Source: a plasmid. From it: a DNA stretch of 33,568 nucleotides. The DNA lies in NCBI RefSeq assembly GCF_988242995.1, contig NZ_OZ547045.1. The stretch is one strand, 5' to 3'. Positions 24,840 through 33,568 of this stretch are shown piece by piece. The stretch's first letter is position 1. The number at the start of each line of letters is the position of its first letter. A model generated the notes under the pieces. That model did no database searches, had not been told where the DNA came from, and saw only the letters and a program-made list of their open reading frames with translations. Position numbers and translations under genes: made by a program.

Positions 24840-25290
24840 CTATATGGCAGCCTGTTTTAGCTGTCAATCGGTTTTTGTAGTATTTCAGTAGTATTCCTGT
24901 AGTAATTCAGTAGTAACGCTTGTCGATACCGCTCATTTTTGTAGTATATCTGTAGTAATGGCTATTTCAGTTTGTAGTATTTTAGTAGTAATTCAGTAGT
25001 ATCGGTGTAGAAAACTTTCATGCAAGCATGAAAGTGGTGAATGTGAACGCTTTTTGAGCGTTTTATGCGTGTGTAAGACCTGTTTCTCCCTTAAAAAAGG
25101 CGTGTTATGGTATCCCTTAATGGCTATACACCATACGCAATTACGATTTTCATCGTAAATGCTTGAAAACAAAACAAATTATTCTAATTTGTGTTTTCAT
25201 ATGTAATACACTACGTATTACATATGTGTGTCTAAGCCGCATATATGCTAGATTTAACTGTATTACATCGGTATTACATCAAGGAAACCC
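24840..25290. other. oriT region: 11-bp direct repeats, inverted repeats and a putative nic site
   Basis: About 10 copies of (T/A)GTAGTA(T/A)(T/A)nn in 24876..25010; IR ACTTTCATGCaaGCATGAAAGT (25014..25035); IR CATATGTAATACactacGTATTACATATG (25198..25226) followed by GTGTGTCT|AAGCC. Confidence 0.65.
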
Positions 25291-25638
25291 ATGCCAACAA
25301 TCAGTTTAAGAGTGACCGAAGCGCAAAAAATCGACCTTGAATTTCGTTCGGAGGGCAACGTATCGGACTACATCAAGCAACAGCTTTTTGGACAAAAAGA
25401 GAGTGCCAGCGAAGTGATCTCCCGGCTTGATAAACTTCTGGAACGTCCTGTTTCAGAGCATCAAGCAGCCGGGCGAGATAGGTACATCGAGGCTATGTTG
25501 ATCGAGGTGTTATTGATACTTCGCCAGGTGAGTAAAGCAGATGCGCAGAAAGTAGCCGGTGGTGAAATTCGGCGCTTAGGGCTGGAGCCGTGGTCAGCAG
25601 AACTGGCCCAGGAAAGAGAGGAACAGAGTCATGAATGA
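25291..25638 (+). CDS. trwA: Relaxosome accessory protein (TrwA/TraK-like, ribbon-helix-helix)
   Basis: 115 aa; N-terminal MPTISLRVTEAQK beta-strand typical of RHH proteins; directly upstream of the coupling-protein gene. Confidence 0.7.
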   Translation: MPTISLRVTEAQKIDLEFRSEGNVSDYIKQQLFGQKESASEVISRLDKLLERPVSEHQAAGRDRYIEAMLIEVLLILRQVSKADAQKVAGGEIRRLGLEPWSAELAQEREEQSHE

Positions 25639-27208
25639 AGCGGATAAGGGTAAAATTTGCCTGGGAGCATTGCTGTTTACCCCTCTAGTTACGTGGTTTA
25701 TTGCTGCAAAATCATTGTATGGATTTACGCCAAAAGATGCGCGTGAACGTCTGGTTTTGCTTATTCAACAGACCTTTGATTTATGGCCGTTATGGGGCGC
25801 TTTATTAGCCGGTGAGATAGTTGCCATTATAGGGCTTGTCATCTTTTTTAAATTTAACCACCAGATATTCAAAGGCGCACCATTTAAGAAAATATACCGT
25901 GGCACACGGCTTGTTTCAAAAAGAGCTTTAGCCTCATTAACCAAAGAAAGGGAGCCGCAAATAACGATTGCTGATATTCCAATTCCTACTAAAGCAGAGG
26001 CTACGCATATTTCTATAGCCGGTGCTACAGGCGTTGGTAAGTCAACAATATTTGCTGAAATGATGAAATGTTGTTTAATGCGCGGCAAGATGGAGCGCGT
26101 AGCTTCAAAGAAAGACCGCATGATAATACTAGATCCAGACGGTGATTTTCTTTCTCGCTTTTATAAGAAAGGCGATAAGATTTTAAATCCCTACGATGCC
26201 AGAACGGAGGGGTGGGTATTTTTTAATGAAATTAAAAGTGATTTTGACTTTGAGCGGTTCGGTGTTTCAATCGTACCTACAGCGAAAGATTCACAAACAG
26301 AAGAATGGAATGGATACGGTCGCCTTTTGTTTACCGAGGTAGCGCGGAAGGTATTTAACACAAGCCGAAATCCAACAATGGAAGAAGTATTCTATTGGAC
26401 AAACGAAGTACCATTAGAAGAACTTGAAGGATATGTCAGAGGAACTAAAGCGCAGGCTTTATTTGCCGGTAGCGGTCGGGCCGTGGGTAGCGCTCGCTTT
26501 GTGCTTAGTAATAAACTTGCCGCGCACCTGAAAATGCCGACAGGAGATTTTTCAATTCGTGAATGGCTAGACGATCCAAACGGTGGGAATTTATATATCA
26601 CCTGGACTGATGAAATGCGTGAAGCACTGAAATCACTTATTTCATGCTGGACAGATAGCATTTTCTCTATTGTGTTAGGGATGAGTTCAAGCCATACCCG
26701 GAAAATCTGGACATTTATAGATGAACTGGAATCCCTTGATTACCTACCTTCATTGCGTGATGCGTTAACTAAAGGCCGCAAAAAAGGGCTTAGAGTTGTC
26801 ACCGGCTATCAATCGTATTCACAGGTTATCAGCATCTATGGCAGCGATGTAGCCGAAACCCTTTTATCTAACCATCGTACATCCGTTGTCATGGCCGCCG
26901 GTCGCCTGGGTGAAAGAACACTGGAATTTGTCTCTAAATCATTGGGTGAGATTGAAGGTGAAAGAGAGAAAACAGGAATTAGCCGCCGCTTTGGTCAGTT
27001 GGGAACAAAAAATACCAATGAAGATCACAAGCGCGAACGGGCAGTAACGCCAACCGAAATCGCTACGCTGGATGATTTGACCGGCTACATAGCGTTTCCG
27101 GGAAGTCTGCCAGTGGCAAAATTTGAGACTCATCACGTTAAATACACTCGTTCTAACCCCGTACCGGGCGTTGTCTTACGTGAAAGCACCGCATTTGCAG
27201 GAATGTAA
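25631..27208 (+). CDS. trwB: Type IV coupling protein (VirD4/TrwB family)
   Basis: 525 aa; N-terminal TM helices, Walker A GATGVGKST; overlaps trwA end. Confidence 0.9.
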   Translation: MNEADKGKICLGALLFTPLVTWFIAAKSLYGFTPKDARERLVLLIQQTFDLWPLWGALLAGEIVAIIGLVIFFKFNHQIFKGAPFKKIYRGTRLVSKRALASLTKEREPQITIADIPIPTKAEATHISIAGATGVGKSTIFAEMMKCCLMRGKMERVASKKDRMIILDPDGDFLSRFYKKGDKILNPYDARTEGWVFFNEIKSDFDFERFGVSIVPTAKDSQTEEWNGYGRLLFTEVARKVFNTSRNPTMEEVFYWTNEVPLEELEGYVRGTKAQALFAGSGRAVGSARFVLSNKLAAHLKMPTGDFSIREWLDDPNGGNLYITWTDEMREALKSLISCWTDSIFSIVLGMSSSHTRKIWTFIDELESLDYLPSLRDALTKGRKKGLRVVTGYQSYSQVISIYGSDVAETLLSNHRTSVVMAAGRLGERTLEFVSKSLGEIEGEREKTGISRRFGQLGTKNTNEDHKRERAVTPTEIATLDDLTGYIAFPGSLPVAKFETHHVKYTRSNPVPGVVLRESTAFAGM

Positions 27209-27210
27209 AC

Positions 27211-30117
27211 ATGCTGAATATTACGACTATTACCCGTCAGCGAGTGGATAAGGTTGTCGATTACTACTCTGATGGCGCAGACGATTATTATGCAAAAGAC
27301 GGCAACGCGATGCAGTGGCAAGGCGCTGGCGCGGAGGAATTGGGCCTAACCGGAGAGGTTGAGCAACAACGATTTGCAAAGTTGCTCGATGGTAAAATTA
27401 CGGATGATATTTCCGTGATGCGTAAGACGGCCAACAGCGAAAGCAAAGAGCGGTTAGGTTATGACCTCACGTTTTCCGCGCCCAAAGGCGTTACGCTTCA
27501 GGCGCTGGTCGGTGGTGATAAACGTATAATCGAAGCGCATGATCGGGCCGTGGCAAAAGCTATTGAGGAAGCGGAACGGTTGGCGTTAGGCCGCTTTACC
27601 ATCAACAAAAAAACGCACGTTGAAAACACCAATAAGCTGATTGTTGCGAAATTCAGACATGAAACTTCTCGTGAGTTAGATCCTGAATTACATACCCATG
27701 CGTTTGTAATGAACCTCACCAAAACCAGTGATGGTAAATGGCGTTCACTCACTAATGACGGCATTGTTAACTCGCTTACTTTATTGGGTAACGTCTATAA
27801 ATCGGAGCTGGCAAGAGAGCTGGAGCTGGCAGGTTACAACCTGCGTTATGACCGTAACGGCACATTTGATTTAGCACACTTCACCCCGGAACAAACCGCA
27901 CACTTCAGCCAGCGCAGCCAGCAAATTGAAGATGAGTTAGCAAAAGCGGGATTGACCCGCGAAACAGCCAGCCATGAACAAAAAAATGCGGCCGCACTTA
28001 AAACCCGCAAAAGCAAAAGCGAAGTGGATCGCGATGTTCTCTATGAGGGCTGGAAAACTCGCGCTAAAGAGCTTCAGATTGATTTTGATAGTCGTGAATG
28101 GAAAGGCGCAGCCAAAGACGACATAGCGCGTAATAAGCAACCAGAGCTGGAAAAGCCGATTGAGTATCAGGCTGACAAGGTTATGACCTTTGCTATCCGT
28201 TCGCTCACCGAACGTCAGTCCGTGATCACCGAGCGGGAGCTGATGGATGTAGCAATGAAGCATGGCTATGGCCGTTTAACCGTCAATGATATACGGGCAG
28301 CGAGAGAGCGGGCCATTTCCTCCGGCAACCTCATCAAAGAAGAAACCCGATACGCAGCGGCCACAACCAATAAAAAACAACAGAACGTTGCCATGACACG
28401 CGAACAATGGGTAACGGAACTGGTGAAAGCTGGCCGTAATAAAGATGAAGCCAGAAAACTTGTAGATAAGGGCATCACAAACGGGCGATTGGTACAGCAA
28501 AAAACACGCTATACCACGCAGTTAGCCCAACAACGAGAGCGCAATATCCTGAAACTGGAGAGGGAAGGGCGCGGGAAAATCCAGGCGCCATACACCCGCG
28601 AGTTTAGCGAAGGTTGGTTAGCCAGCAGAACACTAAAACCCGAACAGTTAAAAGCGGTCATGGGGATTATCCACACCTCTAACCAGTTTATTTCTGTACA
28701 TGGGTTTGCCGGTACTGGCAAAAGTTATATGACCAAATCGGCAGCGGATTTTCTCAAAGAGCAGGGCGTACACGTCACCAGTCTTGCCCCCTATGGTAGC
28801 CAGGTAAAAGCGCTACAGGCTGAAGGGCTGGAGTCTCGTACACTCCAGTCTTTCCTCCAGGCGTCAGATAAAAAAATTGGCCCCGGATCAGTCGTTTTTA
28901 TTGACGAAGCCGGGGTAATCCCTGCCCGTCAGATGGAGGAAACTATGCGCGTGATCCGTGATGCGGGCGCACGAGCGGTATTCCTGGGCGATACAAAACA
29001 GACCAAAGCCGTTGAAGCGGGTAAACCTTTCGAGCAGCTTATCAAAGCTGGCATGGAAACAGCCTATATGAAAGATATTCAGCGCCAGAAAGACCCGGAA
29101 TTGTTGAAAGCGGCGCTGAATGCAGCGGAAGGAAAAATAAAGGCATCGCTGGCGCACGTAACCAGTATCGTTGAAGAAAAAAACCATGATCAACGCTATC
29201 GCCGGATTGTCGGGGATTATGTGGCAATGGCACCAACAGAGCGGGCAAACTCCCTGATTATCACCGGCACGAACGACAGCCGGAAAAAAATCAATGAGTA
29301 CATTCAGGCCGAGCTGGGGCTGAAAGGGCAGGGCTTGAATTACCAGCTACTGAATCGCCTTGATACCACTCAGGCCCAGCGCCAGCACAGCAAGTATTAT
29401 GAGAAAGGAGCCGTAATCATCCCGGAGCGGGATTACAGTAACGGGTTGAAGCGTGGGGGCGTTTATACCGTTCTCGATACCGGCCCCGGCAATAAACTAA
29501 CGGTAAGCGACAGCAGCGGCGACACTATCGCATTTTCACCGGCGCGATTTTCAAAGTTATCCGTGTACTCAGTAGAAAAAACGGAGCTGGCCGTGGGCGA
29601 CCAGGTAAGGATCACCCGTAACGATGCACACCTTGATTTAGCGAACGGCGACCGTTTTAAAGTTAAGGGCGTCCAGAGTGGTGAGGTATTACTGGAGAAC
29701 GAAAGAGGGCGTCTGGTAAAAATTGATGCCAGCAAGCCTATGTACTTAGGGCTGGCATACGCCTCGACCGTACATAGCGCTCAGGGGCTGACCTGCGATA
29801 AAGTTTTTATCAATATGGATACCCGATCACTCACAACGGCCAAAGATGTTTATTACGTAGCTGTCACCCGCGCTAAACACGAAGCCGTCATTTATACCGA
29901 CGATGAGAAAAAGCTGGATAAAGCGGCCAGCCGTGAAGGGTTCAAAACCGCAGCGCTTGAGCTGGAACAACTCAAACGCTACGCCAAAGAGCAGCAACAT
30001 GATTCCCGCGAAAAAGGCCGCGACAAAGCAGAGCCGACACCGGAGAAAGATAATTCCCGGCGTAAAGGCAAGGGCCATGAAAAAAATAACGACGACAGAG
30101 CATTTAACCCGCTCTAA
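27211..30117 (+). CDS. trwC: MOBF relaxase-helicase (TrwC/TraI family)
   Basis: 968 aa; N-terminal relaxase domain with tyrosine pairs (DYYSDGADDYYAKDG), HTHA motif (ELHTHAF), C-terminal helicase Walker A GFAGTGKS. Confidence 0.95.
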   Translation: MLNITTITRQRVDKVVDYYSDGADDYYAKDGNAMQWQGAGAEELGLTGEVEQQRFAKLLDGKITDDISVMRKTANSESKERLGYDLTFSAPKGVTLQALVGGDKRIIEAHDRAVAKAIEEAERLALGRFTINKKTHVENTNKLIVAKFRHETSRELDPELHTHAFVMNLTKTSDGKWRSLTNDGIVNSLTLLGNVYKSELARELELAGYNLRYDRNGTFDLAHFTPEQTAHFSQRSQQIEDELAKAGLTRETASHEQKNAAALKTRKSKSEVDRDVLYEGWKTRAKELQIDFDSREWKGAAKDDIARNKQPELEKPIEYQADKVMTFAIRSLTERQSVITERELMDVAMKHGYGRLTVNDIRAARERAISSGNLIKEETRYAAATTNKKQQNVAMTREQWVTELVKAGRNKDEARKLVDKGITNGRLVQQKTRYTTQLAQQRERNILKLEREGRGKIQAPYTREFSEGWLASRTLKPEQLKAVMGIIHTSNQFISVHGFAGTGKSYMTKSAADFLKEQGVHVTSLAPYGSQVKALQAEGLESRTLQSFLQASDKKIGPGSVVFIDEAGVIPARQMEETMRVIRDAGARAVFLGDTKQTKAVEAGKPFEQLIKAGMETAYMKDIQRQKDPELLKAALNAAEGKIKASLAHVTSIVEEKNHDQRYRRIVGDYVAMAPTERANSLIITGTNDSRKKINEYIQAELGLKGQGLNYQLLNRLDTTQAQRQHSKYYEKGAVIIPERDYSNGLKRGGVYTVLDTGPGNKLTVSDSSGDTIAFSPARFSKLSVYSVEKTELAVGDQVRITRNDAHLDLANGDRFKVKGVQSGEVLLENERGRLVKIDASKPMYLGLAYASTVHSAQGLTCDKVFINMDTRSLTTAKDVYYVAVTRAKHEAVIYTDDEKKLDKAASREGFKTAALELEQLKRYAKEQQHDSREKGRDKAEPTPEKDNSRRKGKGHEKNNDDRAFNPL

Positions 30118-30330
30118 GTGACACCCCCGGACAGTACCGGCACAACGCACCCTGGATTATTGGGAGCCGGTTTTGTCGGGGGTTTTCCTGTATTTATATT
30201 GCGTCTAACCCGTACAATCTTTTTCAGGCAGCTTGAATGACTGCCACCTTTTTTTCGTCGCCGGCAGCTGATGGCCAACGCGGGCGCCCAACCAGCTAAA
30301 TCAATAAAAACAGTATGTTAACGGAGGGGG

Positions 30331-30370
30331 AAATAAAAAAAGGGCATTCAAATAATTTGATGCCCTTTGT
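30331..30370. terminator. Hairpin terminator between convergent trwC and the nuc operon
   Basis: A-run, AGGGCATtcaaataatttgaTGCCCT, then TTTGT. Confidence 0.6.
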
Positions 30371-30419
30371 GGGAATTTGCGTACCGGAGTAGTTAGCGGC
30401 TTTTAAGTTTGTGAACAGC

Positions 30420-30687
30420 CAAGAAGGGGTCAGTTTGGAGATCGGAAATTTTTGTACGTTAAGCGCATTATTTAACCAATCTTGGTTCGTAAGGGGTTGA
30501 TTTTGCGTCAGTGGCTATCGCTTTTAAGTTGTCGCTCTTGCAGTATCGCATTTAGGTTATCCGATTAAGGTCAAACCTCTGAAAATGCCGTATAGCGCGG
30601 GAGTACACCCTATTGCTATAGGTAAGTCTGTTCAAAAAACAGGCTTACCGTACAATAATTCTCTATATCCAAACTGACCCCAAGAAG
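30420..30687. mobile_element. MITE-like non-autonomous element: 12-bp terminal inverted repeats flanked by a 7-bp direct repeat
   Basis: CAAGAAG (30420..30426) - GGGTCAGTTTGG (30427..30438) ... CCAAACTGACCC (30669..30680) - CAAGAAG (30681..30687); 254 bp between TIR ends; no ORF inside. Confidence 0.55.
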
Positions 30688-30770
30688 CAAAGCCCCACGA
30701 CCACCACACCGACAAACACACAAAGTGAAAGTGTCAAAATAGCATCATTGAATCTATCGGCTGCTGTCAT
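30657..30770 (-). CDS. Candidate 37-aa single-TM peptide, translationally coupled to the GNAT gene; 3' end formed by the MITE-like insertion
   Basis: MTAADRFNDAILTLSLCVFVGVVVVGLCFLGSVWI; GGAGG 7 nt upstream of ATG; ATG 2 nt after the GNAT stop. Confidence 0.4.
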
Positions 30771-30772
30771 GG

Positions 30773-31267
30773 TTAACCCTCCAATCGGTACGTTTTTTTA
30801 CCGCCTTGCGTTTCATTGATGATAGTAAACCCACTTCCGGCCAGCAATCCCATCATTTTAGTTGATGGAGGCAAACAGGACGCTTCCAGCCGGTGGCCGG
30901 GGGTGGCTTCAATAATGGAGTTGAGCATACTCTTACCAATGCCTTTACCCTGCTTATCGGCTGAAACAGCGAACATGCGGATCTCAAGATGAGACGCAAG
31001 GCCAGCAAAGTTATTGCGTCCGGTTAACAGCGCAAACCCTACCGGTTTACGTGTTAATTGCTCATCAAAGATAAAGAGATAATCCGCAACGGGGATATTA
31101 GCGCTGTATTTTTGAGTGACAGCTTGTAGCTCAGATTTGACCGTTTCCAGGCCATCACCATTAGCATAGAAAAATGCGCCAGATGTAATGCCCTCGCGCA
31201 CCAGATTCATGATAAAAGGAATATCTTTGTCGTTTCCTAACCGCATATCGAGCATAGCGCCCTCCAT
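30773..31267 (-). CDS. GNAT-family N-acetyltransferase
   Basis: 164 aa; acetyl-CoA-binding motif region ...VSADKQGKGIGKSML...; ATG adjacent to nuc stop. Confidence 0.75.
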   Translation of the reverse strand: MEGAMLDMRLGNDKDIPFIMNLVREGITSGAFFYANGDGLETVKSELQAVTQKYSANIPVADYLFIFDEQLTRKPVGFALLTGRNNFAGLASHLEIRMFAVSADKQGKGIGKSMLNSIIEATPGHRLEASCLPPSTKMMGLLAGSGFTIINETQGGKKTYRLEG

Positions 31268-31822
31268 TCAATAAGACGGGGTAAAATCCCGGCCCTGATC
31301 CCAGCGAGATTGCCAGTGCTTCTGATACTGCGCGGCCAGTTCCGGCGCATCCCACATCACAATAGCGTTTTCAGAGTTATATTTTTCGGCGCTGGCCGTG
31401 TAGTTAAAACTACCGGTTTCCACATGGCGACCATCAACTATGATCACTTTGTCATGCTGGATTTTGTAATTACCGTTAACCCGCAGAGGAATACCGGCAC
31501 TTGTAACCAGATTCATTGCCGCACGACTCGCCCGGCCAGTATTACCATTCTCATCAATGACGATTTTCACATCGACGCCCCGGCGTTTAGCCGCAATCAG
31601 CGCTTTCATAATATCGGGGGCGGTAAAGCTGTAGGCCATCATTCTGATGTTCTCTTTTGCCGAACCGATAACGTTGATAACAAGCTCCTGCGCCGTCCCT
31701 TCTGGCGAAAAACCTACTTGCGCCGATGCAGCATAAACAGACGGGGCCGCAGCCCCGTAAAGTACGGCGGCAACCAGTGCCGCTTTAAAGAGAAAGTTGC
31801 GCTTTTTTAAACGCTGGATCAT
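31268..31822 (-). CDS. nuc: Phospholipase-D-superfamily endonuclease (Nuc-like), secreted
   Basis: HKD motif (IQHDKVIIVDG), signal peptide; start taken at ATG 31822 (ORF track extends to 31864); overlaps virB11 3' end. Confidence 0.8.
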   Translation of the reverse strand: MIQRLKKRNFLFKAALVAAVLYGAAAPSVYAASAQVGFSPEGTAQELVINVIGSAKENIRMMAYSFTAPDIMKALIAAKRRGVDVKIVIDENGNTGRASRAAMNLVTSAGIPLRVNGNYKIQHDKVIIVDGRHVETGSFNYTASAEKYNSENAIVMWDAPELAAQYQKHWQSRWDQGRDFTPSY

Positions 31823-32816
31823 AAAGAACCTCAACAATCTGGCGGTGTTCCATGTACACAACAATATCTATCGTGGTGTACAGCGTTTTCATAATTACGT
31901 CATAATCCAGCGTCTGGCCGATGCCGGTTTGCTTGATAAGTAGTGCAATGCGGCTGAAAGTCGATTTTGCATCATCGGCATGAGTGGATGTGATCCCGCC
32001 AGGATGCCCGGTATTAAGCGAGTTAATGTAATCCCATGCCGCATCATCCCTAAGCTCTGTCATCATGATACGGTCGGGAGAAAGGCGCATACACGCTTTC
32101 AGACTGACCGCCGGGGCCAGGCGGCCCTCCTGATCGCCGTACAGCATATAAACCATTTCATGATGTAGCTCAGACCCAATTTCGTGAACGTCCTCAGAAA
32201 CCACAATACGCTCTGTATAAGGCACTTCACGAAGCAGAGAACGGGTAAACGTTGACTTACCCGAACTTGTAGACCCCGATACAACGATATTCAGCTTATT
32301 GCGTACCGCTATTTTGAAAAACGAAACAAGGTCGTCTTTATCAAGCAATTCCAGTAATTCTTGCTCGAATGGCAGTAGGGCCACTTCACCCTGAATCTTT
32401 CGTTTCCAGCCAGTAAAACGGCCCTCATCGCGGAGTTGTTCGAGAGACTTATCAACCGGTAAATGCTTACGAAACGCGATTGCTACCGTACCCTCCAATA
32501 CGGCAGGGGGTAAGCAGATAATCCCCCTTGAGCCGTCCGGCAGAAGAACGTTATTAACGGACTCTTTCGGCAGACCGTTGAAGCCACACAGCGTATCGGT
32601 TAATCGGGAGATATACTCAGCGGTGATTTTCTCATTTTCATGGAAAACACGGCCTTTCGATGTTTCACAAACAACCTGCTGATACTTGTTGATTCTCAAC
32701 TCCCACACATCGGGATCGTTCAGGTACATCAGAAGTGGTTCGAGCGTCAGCCATACGCCCTGCTCACGGCGGGGGCGCTGGCGAATATCTTCAATATTGC
32801 TGATTAAATCACTCAT
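31785..32816 (-). CDS. virB11: VirB11-family T4SS ATPase
   Basis: 343 aa; Walker [10 protein letters not shown]; overlaps virB10 stop. Confidence 0.9.
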   Translation of the reverse strand: MSDLISNIEDIRQRPRREQGVWLTLEPLLMYLNDPDVWELRINKYQQVVCETSKGRVFHENEKITAEYISRLTDTLCGFNGLPKESVNNVLLPDGSRGIICLPPAVLEGTVAIAFRKHLPVDKSLEQLRDEGRFTGWKRKIQGEVALLPFEQELLELLDKDDLVSFFKIAVRNKLNIVVSGSTSSGKSTFTRSLLREVPYTERIVVSEDVHEIGSELHHEMVYMLYGDQEGRLAPAVSLKACMRLSPDRIMMTELRDDAAWDYINSLNTGHPGGITSTHADDAKSTFSRIALLIKQTGIGQTLDYDVIMKTLYTTIDIVVYMEHRQIVEVLYDPAFKKAQLSL

Positions 32817-33568
32817 TCATTTCTAACCCATAAACAGTGCTGAAATCGAGATCGCGGGCTACGTAGATGGATACAGCATCGCCCTGGGCGGCATAGAGTG
32901 TTGGCGGGATATTGATTTTCGCCCGTAATGCCTCCGTAGCAAGCTGGTCGGTACTGTTTTCCGTTGTGTTAAACGTCACATCAGAGCTGTTGTTGTTTAT
33001 CGACGCGATACCGGCTTTCATCCCATCAGTCAGCACAGAGAAAAAGATTGCATCGCCCATGCGTTCCCAAAAGTGAGAATTAACCTGGCCGGGAATGCCC
33101 GCACTACCTAAAGAGTTAGTGCCGCTGCTGTCGAGGTTAACAAGCGTCTGATCCGGGTTACGCAAGCGTGACCAGAGGACAAACACACGATTCTGGCCGT
33201 TCTGGATACCGCTATTCTGCTCACCCGTTACTACAGCCCCTTTATCAATCAGTTTCACAGTGCCATCGGCAGAGTACACATCACGGCTAACGGTACATTT
33301 AACCTGGCCCGGAACAGTGGTATCCAGTTCGGTATTTGTACCGCAAGGGATCATAGTGCCTTGCGCAATTGTCAGATTGGGATGTGGCATTACAGATGCC
33401 TGGGCGACGGCCATACGCGCCGGTTTCATACGGCTAGCCAGTGCCTGGCTGCTTGAGCTGGTTTCTGTATTGTCCTGACCGGCCCGGCGCTCCTGGTCTT
33501 TCGCTGTCGTGGCCTGTTTTTCAGGATCTACACCGTTGAAAGACACACCTAACCGGGCGCGCATTATT
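32809..33568 (-). CDS. virB10: VirB10/TrbI-family protein, C-terminal part (continues in frame from positions 2..1 across the window junction)
   Basis: VirB10 C-terminal beta-barrel-like sequence; frame continuous with the N-terminal part at 1..398. Confidence 0.85.
   Translation of the reverse strand, partial: IMRARLGVSFNGVDPEKQATTAKDQERRAGQDNTETSSSSQALASRMKPARMAVAQASVMPHPNLTIAQGTMIPCGTNTELDTTVPGQVKCTVSRDVYSADGTVKLIDKGAVVTGEQNSGIQNGQNRVFVLWSRLRNPDQTLVNLDSSGTNSLGSAGIPGQVNSHFWERMGDAIFFSVLTDGMKAGIASINNNSSDVTFNTTENSTDQLATEALRAKINIPPTLYAAQGDAVSIYVARDLDFSTVYGLEMNE

Overview
The window reads as a complete, circularly permuted conjugative plasmid of about 33.6 kb with an IncW/IncN-like backbone (MOBF relaxase, VirB-type T4SS). 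The virB10 reading frame runs off position 1 on the minus strand and resumes in frame at 33568, so the window start and end are joined. Modules, in order: (1) minus-strand T4SS operon virB1-virB11 with an eex-like lipoprotein, followed by a PLD-type Nuc nuclease, a GNAT acetyltransferase and a 37-codon membrane peptide; (2) a divergent plus-strand operon starting with a short H-NS-DBD-like protein and ending with a membrane-anchored Mrr-like nuclease plus an AT-rich HTH partner; (3) a MazE / membrane ORF / MazF module; (4) serine resolvase with res-like repeats, RepA, and an oriV with 8 iterons, DnaA boxes and an AT-rich stretch; (5) a leading-type region with SSB, a KorA-like repressor and about ten small ORFs driven by five near-identical promoter-leader cassettes embedded in GC-rich repeats resembling IncN CUP elements; (6) SprT-like metalloprotease, stbA/stbB-like partition genes, oriT, and trwA/trwB/trwC-like transfer genes. 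I found no rRNA, tRNA, CRISPR array, transposase, integron or recognisable resistance gene. All calls were made by eye from motifs and synteny; no database search was run. The most unusual candidates are the interrupted mazEF module, the Mrr-like nuclease cassette, the repeated promoter/5'UTR-hairpin cassettes, operator-like palindromes inside the stbA-like coding sequence, and a MITE-like insertion.
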